A stretch of 64,000 nt of DNA from Chrysomallon squamiferum (GCA_012295275.1 CM022678.1:15066001-15130000); one strand, 5' to 3'; shown: positions 1-31,772, numbered from the stretch's first letter. Notes: generated by a model from the sequence alone, not told the origin. Numbers and translations are program-made.

Positions 1-214
1 CTGAGGCAGATATCCGGCGGAGCAGCTGATTCAGTAAATGCTACATCGCGTTATTGATGAAAATACTGTACAATCGATCCTTCACTGACTGAGCAAAAAT
101 ACAGCTTCCACAACAACGTGACATACACGTAGTAGTAGTTGCTGTTGTAGCAGTAGTCGATTAGATGAGATAGAATAAATAAATAAATAAATAAATTAAT
201 TAATTAATTAATTA

Positions 215-254
<40 letters not shown>

Positions 255-693
255 TCGTCACCATCATCATTTTAAAAATAATAATATGATGATGGCATGA
301 TAATGATGATCATGATAATAGTACCAAGAATGATGATGACAATGATAATAATAATCCACATTTTAATAATATATTTAATATATAACACAGATGTTAATCA
401 TTACAGTAAAAGACGTGTAACCAAATGTAAAATATGCTAATGAGGCATCCCAATAAATATTCATGAAGAATGCAATTTGAATACATTAATAAATGTTTAT
501 ATGCCACCTTAACAAGACACTTTACATACCCAAATTATGTTGGTATAATTAGCGTTTGATAGGAATTATGGTGATAATATATAAATATATAAAAGTCAAC
601 AAATATAAATAAGTGCTCATATTTGTTATAGTAGTCTCATAATTGTGTCTGTATGTCTGTTTGTATGTATGTATGTATTAATACATTTATACA

Positions 694-748
<55 letters not shown>

Positions 749-991
749 GTTTGTGTGTGTGTATATATATATATATATTTATATATTTGTATGTAGGTAT
801 GTATGTATGTAGAATTTTCCGTGTGTGTACATGCGTTAAGTGTATTGTAAATATATTTTAACCTAGATATGTACTCATTACACACTTACATATGCAAGAT
901 ATATAGCAGATATAAATAGATATATTACAGATATGTGTGAATGTTTATATATCACAGTAAGATATTCACTGTATATTTTTATAATCAGTAT

Positions 992-12661
<11,670 letters not shown>

Positions 12662-13006
12662 CTATGCAGACGCTGATTAAACAAAATATCTTCTGACCTA
12701 TCAAAAAAAAAAAAAAAAAAAAAAAGGGAAAAAAAAATAGAAAAAGAACATAATAATAAGAATAATAAATAAATAAATAAATAAATAAATATTTAAAAAA
12801 AACACAAAATAAAATAAAAAACACACACACACACACACACAAAAGCAGACAAGAAAAAAATAACAATATTTGTTTTATTTTTAAACGTAAACCTAGATGA
12901 TTACTGAACTTTTCTAAACCTTTTCTTTAAAATAAAGACAGTAAATATAAAATAACTATTTCTCATGAAAAAAGACAGAGAAACCAACATTAAGCATTAT
13001 AATAAC

Positions 13007-13047
<41 letters not shown>

Positions 13048-14682
13048 TCAGTATTTTATTGTTTTTCTTTCTCTTGTCTGAATTTCATATAAAATATCGA
13101 CCAAAGATTTTGCACTGCTGCTTATAATAAATATGAAATTAAATATGAATAATGAGAACACATTCTTTATCACCAGAAATATCTTAAGATTTATTAAGAT
13201 AAGTCTTTCGATTTATTAAGATAAATATCTGTAGTCTTAACAGCATAAGAAAATGGCAGACGACAATGTCATATTTTTATCTTCTTTATCGGAGAAGCGA
13301 TTCAGTACTTGACATTAATGAAAACAAATGAAAGGACGAATAATCTAAGATTAATACAGTTAATTTGCTTACGTCAGAAGAGAAATTATTGATAGCTGCG
13401 ACATAGTATAGAAAAAAATAATAAACTAATTAAATATTCGTGCATTTACAATAGTGCTTCGATATATTATACTAAAAATAAGTGTGAAATAAAATCAAAA
13501 GTAGGCGTTGTAATTAAAGAAGACGAAGAAGAAATCAACAAGAAAAGAAGAAGAAATGAATTTTATAAAGTAATAAAAAAAATATAAAAAAAGCGGAGTT
13601 ATTTATTTAGCAAACTAGAACAAATTACAACAAATCTGATGTCAGTGAAACTCATTTAAATTATATTCTATTAATATATACATATATATATAACACAAAA
13701 AAAAAAAAAAAAAAAAAAAAAAAAACATTATCATATGTCACTAATAAAACGCAACAGGAATTATTTATGGAACGCAGTTGAAATCATGACATGAAAAAAG
13801 ATATTAATTTACAGAAAAAAAAAGTAAAATGAAAAAAAGAACGTATTTTTTCTTTCTGTTTTTAGCTGAAAAATATAAATGAATCAAAGGTAAAAATATA
13901 AATGTTAAAAATGGAACTACAACAAGAAAAAACATAAATAAATAATAGACAAATTTATCTTTAAGATGCATTCACTAAAATGTTGTACTTTGTTAAAAAA
14001 TAATTCTAGTATATCAGTAGTAGTGTAGTAGTACTATTAGTAGTAGTAGTAGTACTAGTAGTAGTAGTAGTAGTAGTAACAGCAAGAAGCAATAATAGTA
14101 GAAATCGTGGTAGCAGTAATTATTTTTTATTCTTGAGTTACAAAGTTATAATTATCTGTAATCAGATAGTTGTATAGAAATAGTATCAACAACGTGTTTT
14201 AACTGCTACTAAATGCATTAACTGTCATGAAAGATTTAAAAAATAAAAATACTGAAATAAATAAATAAATAAATAAAATAAAATAACTAAATAATATATT
14301 TTTCAACACACACACAAACACACACATACACACGAATTATATTTATAATTAGGTCGTCGAAGTGATCCAGTTTACCACCATGTTTCATAAAATGAAATAA
14401 AAGCTTGTTGCTCGACCACAATAAACCTGAGTTTCGTTTTTAATCTAAATGTATTCATTTCTGTATTAAACTGTGTGATTAAGTGTAATGATATATCAAC
14501 ATTTTTTACGACAGATTCTTTAATCTCACCCTGAGTAATAAAAGTGACGAACGCTTTTCCGCCAGATGTTGCCAGTGACTGAGATAAATAACACAACCGT
14601 TTCCTGAACTGTAATAAACAAAACTCTCACTCATAAAGTACTACATCTGTTACTGCTGCTTCTACTGCTACTACTACTGCTG

Positions 14683-14726
<44 letters not shown>

Positions 14727-15019
14727 GCTGCTGCTGCTTCTACTGCTACTACTACTGCTACTACTACTACCACTACTACCAGTAATGCAGAGATTTATTT
14801 TAAAGACACACAAAAGGTTTTAATTTGGTTCCCTGTTGGCAGGGATATGACATATCTGAAAGTAGTGCTGTAACTATGTAAAAACTATGTGCCTATACAT
14901 GAAATACTTACTGCTATAGGTTGAGAGTCCTTTATCTGAAATATTTGATAAAGTTAATGATTTTAGTCTAATAATATGTAAAGTTTTTTGACTCAGTGGT
15001 TTTAATAATTTTGTTTGTT

Positions 15020-15055
<36 letters not shown>

Positions 15056-15509
15056 ATCAAAAAAAGTTTCGAAATTGATATTTTCTGTCAGATATATTAA
15101 CAATTTAAGAACTACTACTAATACTAAAACTACTGCTACCTAATCATAACGATCTTGATATTAATGTGTGATAACGATGTAGTAGTAAACAAATAAATAA
15201 ATTAACTAATTAATTAAATCTACAAACAGCAGAATACATACATACCTAACTACTAGGATATTTGTTTCCTAGGCAACAGCTGTTGCAAGTAAGTAATATT
15301 TATCGCCATTTCTCGTCAGTTCCAATATATAAATCACATTCTGTACATGCTTTCTAGTCTGCGATATAACCCAATTAACAAACAATGTTAATTCAGAAAT
15401 GATTGCATCCACACCAGGAAATAATTAGTCAGTATTTAACATACCAAGTAGCTAACGCGTTTATATTATGATTATTCACTTATCGAATATTAATAAATTT
15501 TGCAATATA

Positions 15510-15625
<116 letters not shown>

Positions 15626-16382
15626 AAAATGTATTAATATTCGTGTCGAAGTTGGCCATTTTAATAGTTTGTTACTGGCAAAGTTCAAGAATCATCGTAA
15701 ATATAGCTAACTCTATAATTAGTTTTATTTCAATATGTTTATTTCTAAATATCTTTCTTCAGTTTTTTCTCTATGAAGTTAATGCATTTAGTTAAAAACG
15801 TTGTTGATTCTATACAACTATTTGATTACAGATAATTTATAACTTTACAGTACGTCGGTGGTTAACTGTATCTATCATAATTACAAAAAAGTTATAATTA
15901 CACGTAAAATAAATCAAACATGGACGTTACAGAATGTGCATAGCTAATTATAGCTATCATAACGTACGTTATTGTTCTTGTAACGTTTAAAGAGAGTTTG
16001 TACATTAGTCTTAGTAGCATACAGAATGTCCACTGTTTGTGCGACAGGCGAAACAGTTAAATAAAACAGCTATGACTTTCGTTATTATTGTTTTTAATTT
16101 TGTTGTTTCGCTATTACTGATTTTAATATTATTATACGTAGCTATAGGTTCAAAAGTTTAATTAACTGCAAAATACCGGCAGCAGGATTTTACATGGATA
16201 TTTATAGAAATCACAGTTATATGCAAGATGTACTTTCAGATGTTTGCAGAATTATGATATATAACGATTTTTTTTTTTTTTTTTTTTTTTTTAAAGAAAA
16301 CAATAAACGCCATTTCTCTAAAACTCTCAACACCATTTATATTTCTTACGTTAGTGACAACGTGTTTGTTCTGTGGCACAAA

Positions 16383-16414
<32 letters not shown>

Positions 16415-16688
16415 AAAATAATAGATTGATAAACAAGGAGGCATTTATCTAATGATATCATTTAAAAAAATTAAATAACGATTCTTGTAAACAGAGCAAT
16501 CATAACTCTACTAAAACATATAATTTTATTGTATTACTATTAATTATTATTTATACATTTTTATTTTTTATTCTTTTTTTTTAAATATCGGATCATAATA
16601 GTCGAAAAAGTTACAAACATCTCTTCACACACACACACACGCACGCACGCACACACAAACACACACACACACACACGCACACACACAG

Positions 16689-16723
<35 letters not shown>

Positions 16724-17102
16724 CGAACACACGAACACACACAAGCGCACGCCCTCTTATTACCCCTAACAGGACGAGATTCGGGTTGAAAATGGAGTGG
16801 AAACGTGGTTGAAGGATTCATCTCAACATTATCCCTGGTTAGGTATGAAACGTCTGATTAGATCTCTGTTCTACTTATCCATTAAACTGCTCGTCATTTT
16901 ATACAACATTATCTGACACCACATCACGTCAACCAGTCTAAGAAGTAACAGAGTTCATAATAATAATAACAAGAAGAAGAAGAAAAAATGATTTTCAAAA
17001 AAGGAGAGAGGGAAATAAATAAAAATATATTTTAAAAAAGTCTACATTTTCGGTGACACATCATGGTATTTGACATTTGTAACACATGTGTGTCTCGGTG
17101 GG

Positions 17103-17162
<60 letters not shown>

Positions 17163-17710
17163 GTGTGATACTTTTTTGGTGAGGGTGGATTTGGGCAAAA
17201 AAAGATGATACTACACATGCAGTAGTAGCGAAGGAGATAAACAATAAGGTATTTAATCTTATTAAGATTTTTGTTGCACGATAAGCAAATTTCCACATAT
17301 TATTTTAATGCTGGTAAATAGACCGTATTTTGAGAGATCCTACAGAATTAAAAACTCGATTAGAGCTTATTGGTATTAATGGGTAATTTTTGAGAAAAAT
17401 ATTATCTGTTGATTTCTGCCTTAAACAAAACAAAAAAACTGAATATTAATTATTTATAACGATCATACTTCACATATAAGCCTACATAATCACTGTAATT
17501 AATTTTGTTCTCGTTAATAGCCCGGTTCACGGTATCTCATCGTTCGAATTAGTTATATTTCAATTACAACAGTCAGTCCAAACAGAATAAATCGAATGAA
17601 ATTTGATGAAATCAAATATCAGTGAAACGATAAATTTTTCATGATTAATAGTTTGCTGTAGATAATATTACTTAATAACACTTGAGCGAATGACTTTCGC
17701 AATGTTTACA

Positions 17711-17742
17711 ACGGAAGTAAAATCAAAAGGTGCGCATGCGCA
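17711..17742 (+). promoter_or_regulatory. PDCD2L proximal promoter: ETS-like ACGGAAGT (17711-17718) and a perfect NRF-1/EWG palindrome TGCGCATGCGCA (17731-17742)
   Basis: Exact motif matches about 100 bp upstream of the PDCD2L ATG. NRF-1 plus ETS is a typical housekeeping promoter combination. Confidence 0.65.
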
Positions 17743-17836
17743 GGGCCATATTGCGAGTGTGTCACATGGTCAGGTGTATAATGTTTGTATTTACTCGTTT
17801 TAAGAATTATAATTTCATATTTAGACAAATATACAG

Positions 17837-22585
<4,749 letters not shown>

Positions 22586-22966
22586 AATAAAAACAAAAAA
22601 TAAAAATTATCTTTGTTTTATTCTGTTCTCCTGTCATTATTGTTTTTTAAGCCTTGTAATAGGTTGAGCATGTATTTCTATAAAAACTTTACCAATGTTA
22701 AATAATAATAATCATATATTTTAATACTGTCTGTTTTTACCATTTTCTGTAAAATGGTGTAACTACTTCTAGGAGTCATTCTTTAGTTTTGTTTGCTACT
22801 TCTTCCTTTTTGGGGGATGACCATGTTAAATTTCATGTTATTGTAATTGTTTTGTATAACTGCATATAGGCAAGCAAAGATAAATCGGTATTTAATTTAT
22901 TAAATTGCCTGCAGTACAAAGATATATATAGTATTTTCCTCAGTTATGATCAGAATGTGAATGTGA

Positions 22967-23021
<55 letters not shown>

Positions 23022-23313
23022 TGTACAAGAGGCCTGTTTAGGGTTATTTTCTTGTTTTCTTGTTCTACACTAATAAATAATTGATTTAAATGACATTTAG
23101 CTGGAGTGGTACTGTTAGAGTAGAATGATATCATTTTTCTTGGCATTCATAGAGAGTGGTATAATTTTTTGTCGAATAATAACAAATGAGAATTAATTCC
23201 CAACAGCCATCTTAATGTTACGTATTCGCAGTTCTCCACTTCACAACGTTGTAGCTTTACCTAGAAACATAAATCATCGTCGTCACTGCCACTTCAAATG
23301 TAATGAACACCGA

Positions 23314-23429
23314 GCAGGATAACGCGTAGGGTGCAGGATAACTCGTGTAGTGCAGGATAACGCGTGTAGAGCAAAACGCGTAGGGTGCAGGATAACTCGT
23401 GTAGAGCAGGATAACGCGTAGGGTGCAGG
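23314..23429. repeat. 19-bp minisatellite GCAGGATAACGCGTAGGGT, ~6 degenerate copies
   Basis: Directly visible; one unit is shortened to 16 bp. Confidence 0.85.
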
Positions 23430-23488
23430 GGGCAAAAAGGCGTTTCCATCTATTTCGTTAGATCTGTTTTGTCTCGAAGCAAAACACA

Positions 23489-23526
<38 letters not shown>

Positions 23527-23982
23527 TAAAAATGTAACAGAAAAGAAAAATAATAGTAATTATGACGGATTTATGCGCTATTAAGTTTTATTATTCATAT
23601 TTAAAGTCATTAAAATTTTATACTCATCATTTAATGTTTTGTTGAATAAACTATGTTTTATTTATCCCTCTGGATAGACATTAAATTTGTTTTCGTTTCT
23701 TCGTATTTTTATTTGTTTTAAATATAGTTAATTGTTAAATAAACTCAGAAAACAAAAACAAACAAAATTAAAATGAAATAAATAAATAAACAACAAGCAT
23801 CAAATACAAATTAAGGACTTATTAAAATAATACTGGTCTTAACTAAGTTTGTTTTAGATTAAAAGAATAAAGTAATAGCTGTAAGACGTTTAAAGTAACA
23901 AGCATGTTTCTTAAACTGTTCTTAATCTTATTTATTCACAACATCTGCTTTTTTTTTTCTCATTTGTTGTTATTACTTTGAA

Positions 23983-24042
<60 letters not shown>

Positions 24043-26636
24043 ATTGTTACTGCTGTTGTTGTTTTATAATTATTTTATTTTTACATATTCAGCTGAATGA
24101 ATATTTACGATGTTGTAGTTAAATTCGTCTTAAACTCGAGTTAAGTACGAAGACCGGTAGAACACCTGACCAAATAAACATCACAGAAGTGAAACATGTC
24201 AGAGTTTTAACATGTCAGAGTTTTAACATGTCAGAGTTTTAACACACAAACAGTTAACTGGAAATCTGCAGATTAATCGGATTAACGCGGTGGGTGCACA
24301 AAGAATTTCTTAAACAGTTCTGATCTCAGTGGGAACGTGGGAGAAGAAAAAAAACTGGTTTAATGTTAATTAAATTTAGTTTAATTTTATTGCAGATATC
24401 GGAGGACACGGTTCCTTTCCATGAAGACACTCTTCAAGTAGTTATTATTTTTAATAGGAGCTCACTTATGTGTATGTTTATAGGGTTTGTAAGTAAGTGA
24501 ATGTTCAGATTTAAAATAATATATTTTCTAGGTACAAAATATAACAATAGATTTAATATCACCCGCCTGTTATCAGAAAGGAAAGCTTGGATTGCGAAAT
24601 TAGTCCGCATTTATTTTATTATTTTTTTTCTTCAATGACTAAAATTACGTCCCCAGAGACAATACAGTGACGTAATAAAGACACGAAGAGACGCGAAACA
24701 TAGTTTCCTACAAGTTTGTAAATTATCCTTGAATTATGAATCGGGTTGTAATAATCTTTTTAACATATTTATTAGAAGGCTTAAATTGTTTTCCCTTTCT
24801 GTTAAAAATTTAATTAAGATTAACTTATAACAACAACAACAACATTACTACTACTACTGATAACGATTATAATAATAACGATTATGATGTATATAGCCGA
24901 AACAGTTTGATATTAAAAGAGAGGCTATTCAATTTTTTATTCTATTTTTTTTTTTTTTTTTTTTGTAAACAGAAAATAACTAATCAAAAACTTCCGTAAT
25001 CTGGAACCTTTGTTTTTTCTCTGCTTTCTTTCCTTGTTTTATACCACTTTTTGTTTTCTTCTTCTTTTGTCATTCCACGTTGTGTTACTAAACCGAATTC
25101 AGACGATTTCTAAACAAAACGAGCTGTCAGATTTCAGCTGCATTCTCACGTCATTCGTGTTTAGACGTAAGATGAGTAAACACAACAACACGCGTGAAGA
25201 ATGTGTCAGTTACCATGCATACAAATGTAAGCTTAAGTCAGCTGACCTTGTGGAAAGAGAGCAGGTGAAAATCATTGTGTTTTACACTCGGATCAATCCG
25301 CGATGTTTACACACTGTCGCCTACGTAGCTCCTCTCAGACAGACTTGTCCCCTACAGCGGTAAACAGACGAACAGACGCCCGCGGGTCGGGAGTCGTCGA
25401 GCATATTTTTGTTTCAAGTCGACGACAAATGTCAGATAAATGTGCGTAACTGAAATAACTAGAAACGTTCTTCTTTTTGTTACACCTCGAAACTTTGATG
25501 ACTTATTTCAATATGTAACAGTTTTCAGAAAGGTAAGTTTCATTTTTGTAACCTGTCAGAGAATTTATGTTAAAACTGCCACTGGACAGTTTTAGTAATA
25601 TTAAAAATAGGAAACATATTAAAAAGAAGTAAACGAGAGTGTGCCAGCTACCGTTTATTAAACGCGTTATTCCACGTGTTGTATTCGCCACGTATGTTTG
25701 TTAGATGTAACACGTTATATTAATATAAAGTGTTATTAATTTACAGCTTTCACTTATCGATTTTCTTTCACTATATACAATAAAATATCTTTCACAGGTT
25801 CTTTCTGGACCCGTCATTTTAAAAATAATAATAAATTTAATAAAAAGCTGTTACAACGGTCCTTTATTACATACGTCAGTCTTTTCTCAAAATGAAAATC
25901 TACATAAAAGAACCCTTGATGTCATCAACACCAGTAGTTCGTGGAACGGCATTATAGTGTTTTCAATTAATACTGACATCAATATACAAGAAAATGATGA
26001 CTGACACACTAATAAACTCTGGTAATGAAATCTGTTTTATTTAACAAATATTCATTTAATCGTGTACAGAAATAGGTAGCGATTCAGAGCACGTGTCTGG
26101 AACCAGCGACTGATGCGTCAAGTCTAAACGCTGCAGTGACATTTTTATGAACAAATCTAACACTAATTATAAACATTAAATCCCTAAATATACATAACTT
26201 AAAGAAAAACTGATGCAGAATACATTTATCCTCATTCATATGTTGTTTTACTACGGCTGTTACAACTATTACTACTGCTGCTGCAACTACTGCTTCTACA
26301 ATTACTACTACTACTCCTACTACTACATTTTTGTTATAATTATCATTATTATTATATTTACTACTACTACTGTAATACTGTCACTACTACTGCCACTACT
26401 ACTACTATTACTGTTACTACTTCTGTTATCATTGTTATTACTACTGCTACTGTTACTAACTACTTCTGTTACCATTCTTTAAAATTACCAATGAAAACAT
26501 TCACAAATGGACGTTAACATTAAAATAAAATAAAATAATTTTAAAATGTAAATAAAAGAGAAGAAAATAAACTAACAGTAATGAGACGAATATAATTTGT
26601 TTTTTTACTGGCACGATTACATTGCATGACATTAAC

Positions 26637-26885
26637 ATATATATATTTATATTTGTATGTATGCATGTATGTATGTATATCTATATCTATATCTCTATAT
26701 ATTGTAATCTCACACACACACACACACACATATATATTTATATTTTTATGTATGTATGTATATCTATATCTCTATCTCTATATATTGTAATCACTCACAC
26801 ACACACATATATATTTATATTTGTATGTATGCATGTATGTATGGATATCTATATCTCTATATATTGTAATCACTCACACGCACGC

Positions 26886-26945
<60 letters not shown>
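26637..26945. repeat. Higher-order tandem repeat (~3 copies, ~80-90 bp) built from AT/TATG/CA microsatellite blocks
   Basis: TATCTCTATATATTGTAATC followed by (AC)n recurs three times. Confidence 0.7.
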
Positions 26946-26949
<4 letters not shown>

Positions 26950-27860
26950 GTAAATACTTGATTATAAAGGCAAATAAAATTTCTGTTACCAGAATTTGTT
27001 TCTAACTAGAGAACGTCACTGCAGTTTAAACTTGTTACGTGTATGTTCGGCATGTCTCGACAAAGGTCAAACAAGAGACAGCTAAAAGGTCAGCTGTCAA
27101 ATGAACACAAATTACTTAAACCGAGGCACGACTTTTAAATCTATTTAGAGATAACAGACCAATCATTGTTCACGTTTCGGTCTGAGAAATTTTGAATTCT
27201 CTAAGTTTTCCATACATCGTGCAGTACATACGTCACATGTGAACTATTCAAATTAGCGGAGGACGAGTTATTATAATTACCAAGGTAACGAATTTATCAT
27301 TCTCTACTGTCCTTTAAATTTATTTATTTATGTATTTATTTTATTATTATTTTTTTTTTCATTTCATTTCATTTATTATTATTTTATTTTATTTAGTTAG
27401 TTATTGCATATTGACTCTAATTTACTTACTGTTTTTAAATTTAATTAATTTAAGTAATAAATTTATTTATTTACTTGGTTATTTATTCTTATTTTCTTTT
27501 TATGAATTTGTTTGTTTATTTATTTTATTTTATATGCTTATTTCATATTTTCTTATATGACTGTAATCCAAGAAGGTTACCCATTCATAAGTTTTATTCT
27601 TTCAATCGTACTCATAATATATATATATACAGTATATGTATTATTTTATATTATTTACTCAGTAACTTGCATATTTATTCTAATTTATTTAGTAAATTTA
27701 ATTCAGTTAAATTAATTAATTTATTTATTTACTTGATTATTAATTTTTATTTACTTTTTATTTATTTATTTGGTTATTGTTAATATACTTATTACCTATT
27801 TAGTAACAGCGGTTATCCATCAGTATTTTTTATCCTTTCAACCTTACTGATAAAAAATAT

Positions 27861-27891
<31 letters not shown>

Positions 27892-28182
27892 TTTTATAGT
27901 TGAATAGAAGTGCTTTTGCTTAGTTTAAATGTTAATTATTTCGTTATATTTATAATCAAAATTAAATATAATAATATGTTTTACAACGCTGTGCGTCTAT
28001 TTTCAGGTTATTTTGGTGTAGTCTAAGAAAGCGTGGAATATACGACTGAAAGGTTGCTATTTAAAGTGTTTTTCAAGTGTAATTGCTAACATTTTTTCGT
28101 TTCCTTACAGATTATACAAAGATAAAACCAGACTTCTAGACTGTACACAGTAGCTAGCTGTGGAGGATGGTGGGACTTAGTT

Positions 28183-28999
28183 ATGGGAGGAAAGAAAGAA
28201 GATTATAGGATTAAAGACAGCAGACGACCTCTTTCAGTTATAGAAGAATCCATTAACCAAGAAAAATGTGAGAACGAGAATTCCACTTCCAGCAGATGTA
28301 ATAGCGGTTTGGAACAGAATGAGTTATCGGACTTGGCAGTACTAAAACAAACGACTGCACGTTTGAATTTGAGCACGCGCAGATCAAGTTTTCTCGCTTG
28401 GAGAGCGCAGTATGCAGATTCTGAATGCTGCAGTTTGAAAAAAGAAAACGGCGGCGCTGAAAGTGACAAACTTACGCTGGAAAGAAGACAGTGGATTGAT
28501 AAGGCTCTCGAATGGCTGAGAAATGAACTGGTATGTGATGCGATGACGTATTTGATGTAATATTTACAAATAATAATAATAATAATAAATAAATAAATAA
28601 ATAAATAAAAGTTTAAATAAATATTAATAATAATTCATAAGTTAATTACTAATATATTTCAAATGATAGGCCTATAACTGTAGTCAAAAAAATAAATAAA
28701 TAAAAATGTTATTGTCATTTGTGCATATTGCCGAATTTATTAACAAAATAATTATCATGTTTATTTAAATAAAGTCAGTGGATCTCATTAGTTGATAGTC
28801 AGTAATACGTAATATGTCACATAACAGCAGTTTAAAAATAATTACAGTAGACCTGTATTCAAATAAAACGTTTCCAAATAGAAGGGGAGTAACTGCATTT
28901 AAAGTTACGTTACACAGGCATTTCTGAAATTCATGCCAGGCAGAATTATTCAGTGAATGCAAGGAATTTGTTTCTTTTTCGTTTACTCTGCTATTACTC

Positions 29000-29041
<42 letters not shown>

Positions 29042-29042
29042 T

Positions 29043-29086
<44 letters not shown>

Positions 29087-29527
29087 TTACTACTACTACT
29101 ACTACTACTATACTACTACTACTATTACTACTCTATTACTACTACTACTACTGTTACTACTACTACTACTACTGTTACTACTACTATTACTACTCTATTA
29201 CTACTACTACTACTACTACTACTATTACTACTACTACTACTATTACTACTATTACTACTACTATTATTACAGGACGAGATGCGCAGTCAAGACCAGGCGC
29301 TTGCCCGGCAGCTGCTGACGATTCGTCACGACATCCACAACCTGAAACTGCGACGCATGAGCCAGGAACATCGCGAGTTGCTTGACGACGTCCAATCAGA
29401 GCTCGAGGAAATAGAACAACTTCCGGATGTGCTAGATCTTCCGGTTGACAACCTCAGTGACAACCCACTAAAACAGCTTGGCGTAACGCGGATGAATCTC
29501 AGTACAAGACGATTTTCTACGTGTTAA
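28183..29527 (+). CDS. FAM167A: FAM167 family protein (FAM167A/DIORA1-like). Exons 28183-28530 and 29273-29527 (200 aa)
   Basis: N-terminal LKQTTARLNLSTRRSSFLAW and C-terminal IDKALEWLRNEL|DEMRSQDQALARQLL.IR.DI..LKL...EHRELLDD...PLKQLGVTRMNLSTRRFSTC* match the FAM167 family. Phase-0 GT-AG intron. Confidence 0.88.
29000..29270. repeat. (TAC/TAT)n trinucleotide microsatellite abutting the FAM167A exon 2 acceptor
   Basis: Directly visible. Confidence 0.95.
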
Positions 29528-30417
29528 CTGTCTATTAATAAGTTTCAGTCTATGCAAAGACCTACGTATATTATTTATATTAAGTGAATATTACAAGGGA
29601 AATACCGTTGCTTGCGTGCATTTTCTTACTCCTAGTTATACTAGATGCTTTCATCGATTTCAAGTAGCGGAACAGTTCTTTATAAACAGATTTACAGTTT
29701 ACAAAAGTGACAAATGGATTATATCAAATTTGTATCAGTATACGTATTATATTTGGCTTGACTTCTTATTCGTTCTTGTGACTATAATTATAATAGATCT
29801 TGGATTATTGTATTAATATTTCAGGACTTGAAGTAAAAGAAACGAGCATGCTATAAATTCTCTACATTACCAAATGAATTTAAAATAATTCGATATTAAT
29901 ATGTCTCTCCATTTCAATATTTCTTTATCATTTGATTTCTTTTTCTCTGTCTTTCTGTTCAGGTCCTCGTTCTCTCTCTGTCAGACAACCTCTTATAAAT
30001 TATATTTACATTCCTCTGTCTCACTTTGATTAGAAAACTCAGCATTGTCGCATCTTGATTATAGAAAAGAGAAGCAAAAAGTTTCATTTCAAAATAATTG
30101 ATTTATTACTAAGATATAAACATGCTTGTATTTCTTTTAATTTAGAATTAAACTATATGAACTAAAATAATCGATGAAGAGGTAAAAAGAAACATAACAT
30201 AAATATTAATAACTAAAACTAACTAATTAACATCTAAACTAATCAGAAGCGTTTCTATTCAAATAAATAAATTGATTAATTAATTAATCAGGAAATAAAT
30301 GTAAATAAATATAATTACAGAAAAAACAAACTAAAACAGATAAACAGTGATCCATTAAAAGATAAGGAAATAAAACGAAATGTTAAGATAAATATATACA
30401 TAGGTGTACTACTACTT

Positions 30418-30475
<58 letters not shown>

Positions 30476-30503
30476 AACAACTATTACTACTACTACTACT
30501 ACA

Positions 30504-30537
<34 letters not shown>

Positions 30538-30735
30538 ATACTACTACTACTACTAATAATAATAATAATAATAATAACAAGAAATAAATAAATAGAGGAA
30601 TAAATAAATAAAATAAAAATATAAGTAAATAAATAAATAAATAAATATGATTATAGGGAAAAAAATGTAAATAAATATGATTACAGGAAAAAAAAAAAAA
30701 AAACATAAACACTGATCCATTCAAAAGAAATGACA

Positions 30736-30962
30736 TCAGGGTGAAAATAACGTGTTTTTGTACATTTCTGCTACTTCCAAACCCGCAGACGTGAAACACA
30801 AAAATACCGCGATAATTTCGAATCCAAACGACCAAGTGGTAGTGAACCGACTGTTTTCTTATGTTGGGAAGTGTGGGGTACCCGGATGCAAAAACAATCG
30901 ATCCCACCAAGATGAATATTCCTGAGGAAAGAAGAAGAAAAAAGGAACATGATAGAATTAAA

Positions 30963-30996
<34 letters not shown>

Positions 30997-31283
30997 CACA
31001 AATAAAATGCTAATATTATTTTTGTAACAATAGTTAAGCGGGTTTACTTTTTTGATAATCATTTTTGTTTCAGACTAAAATTCAATTTGTTAATGAAAGT
31101 TAATTAATAAACTCAGTTTGTCCAGACTAATAAAATGTTCTACAGAAATAAATAACTGCTATTTAATAATGGACATTAAGTCATTTAGCTATTATTATTA
31201 TTATTATCATCATCGTCATTATAATTTTATTATTATTATAATTATCATTATCATCATCATTATTATCATTATTGTTGTTATTG

Positions 31284-31336
<53 letters not shown>

Positions 31337-31772
31337 GATTTATATTAATTAACAATAAAAATAGAACTTTTATCTCTAATCTTCTTTTATTTTATATTAT
31401 TATTATTTCATAGATTTATCAAAACAAAGCTAGATAAAGATATAACCAAAATAAAGAACGGACTGCAAGTACGTTAACATTTATTCGCAAGAAAAACTTG
31501 TGTAGGTTTTTTTGACTTGTCCATTAATCATAGATGATGTTTTGTGTGTCTCTTTGTTTACAAGTGTTTGTCGTAGGTTATGATCCGCTGCGGTTGTCGC
31601 TGACGTCGTAATGTCATATTTCACCCAGGAGAGATGTTTAGAAGACAAATGACTTTTGATGTGATCGATTTGCAAAAATATGTGAAAGACGAATATTTCA
31701 TTTATACGTAGCGAATTCTCTAGAAGATATGTTACAATGTCCCAGTGTCAAACTGGCTATGTAATGTTACAG

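Noticed and set aside
41-90. Possible minus-strand terminal exon VKDRLYSIFINNAM*
   Set aside because: The acceptor is ambiguous and the phase does not fit the 2890 donor; it cannot be assessed at the window edge
25010-25400. 117 aa ORF and a GC-rich hairpin near 25375-25400
   Set aside because: No coding signature; more likely regulatory or 5' UTR sequence upstream of FAM167A, which I cannot support further
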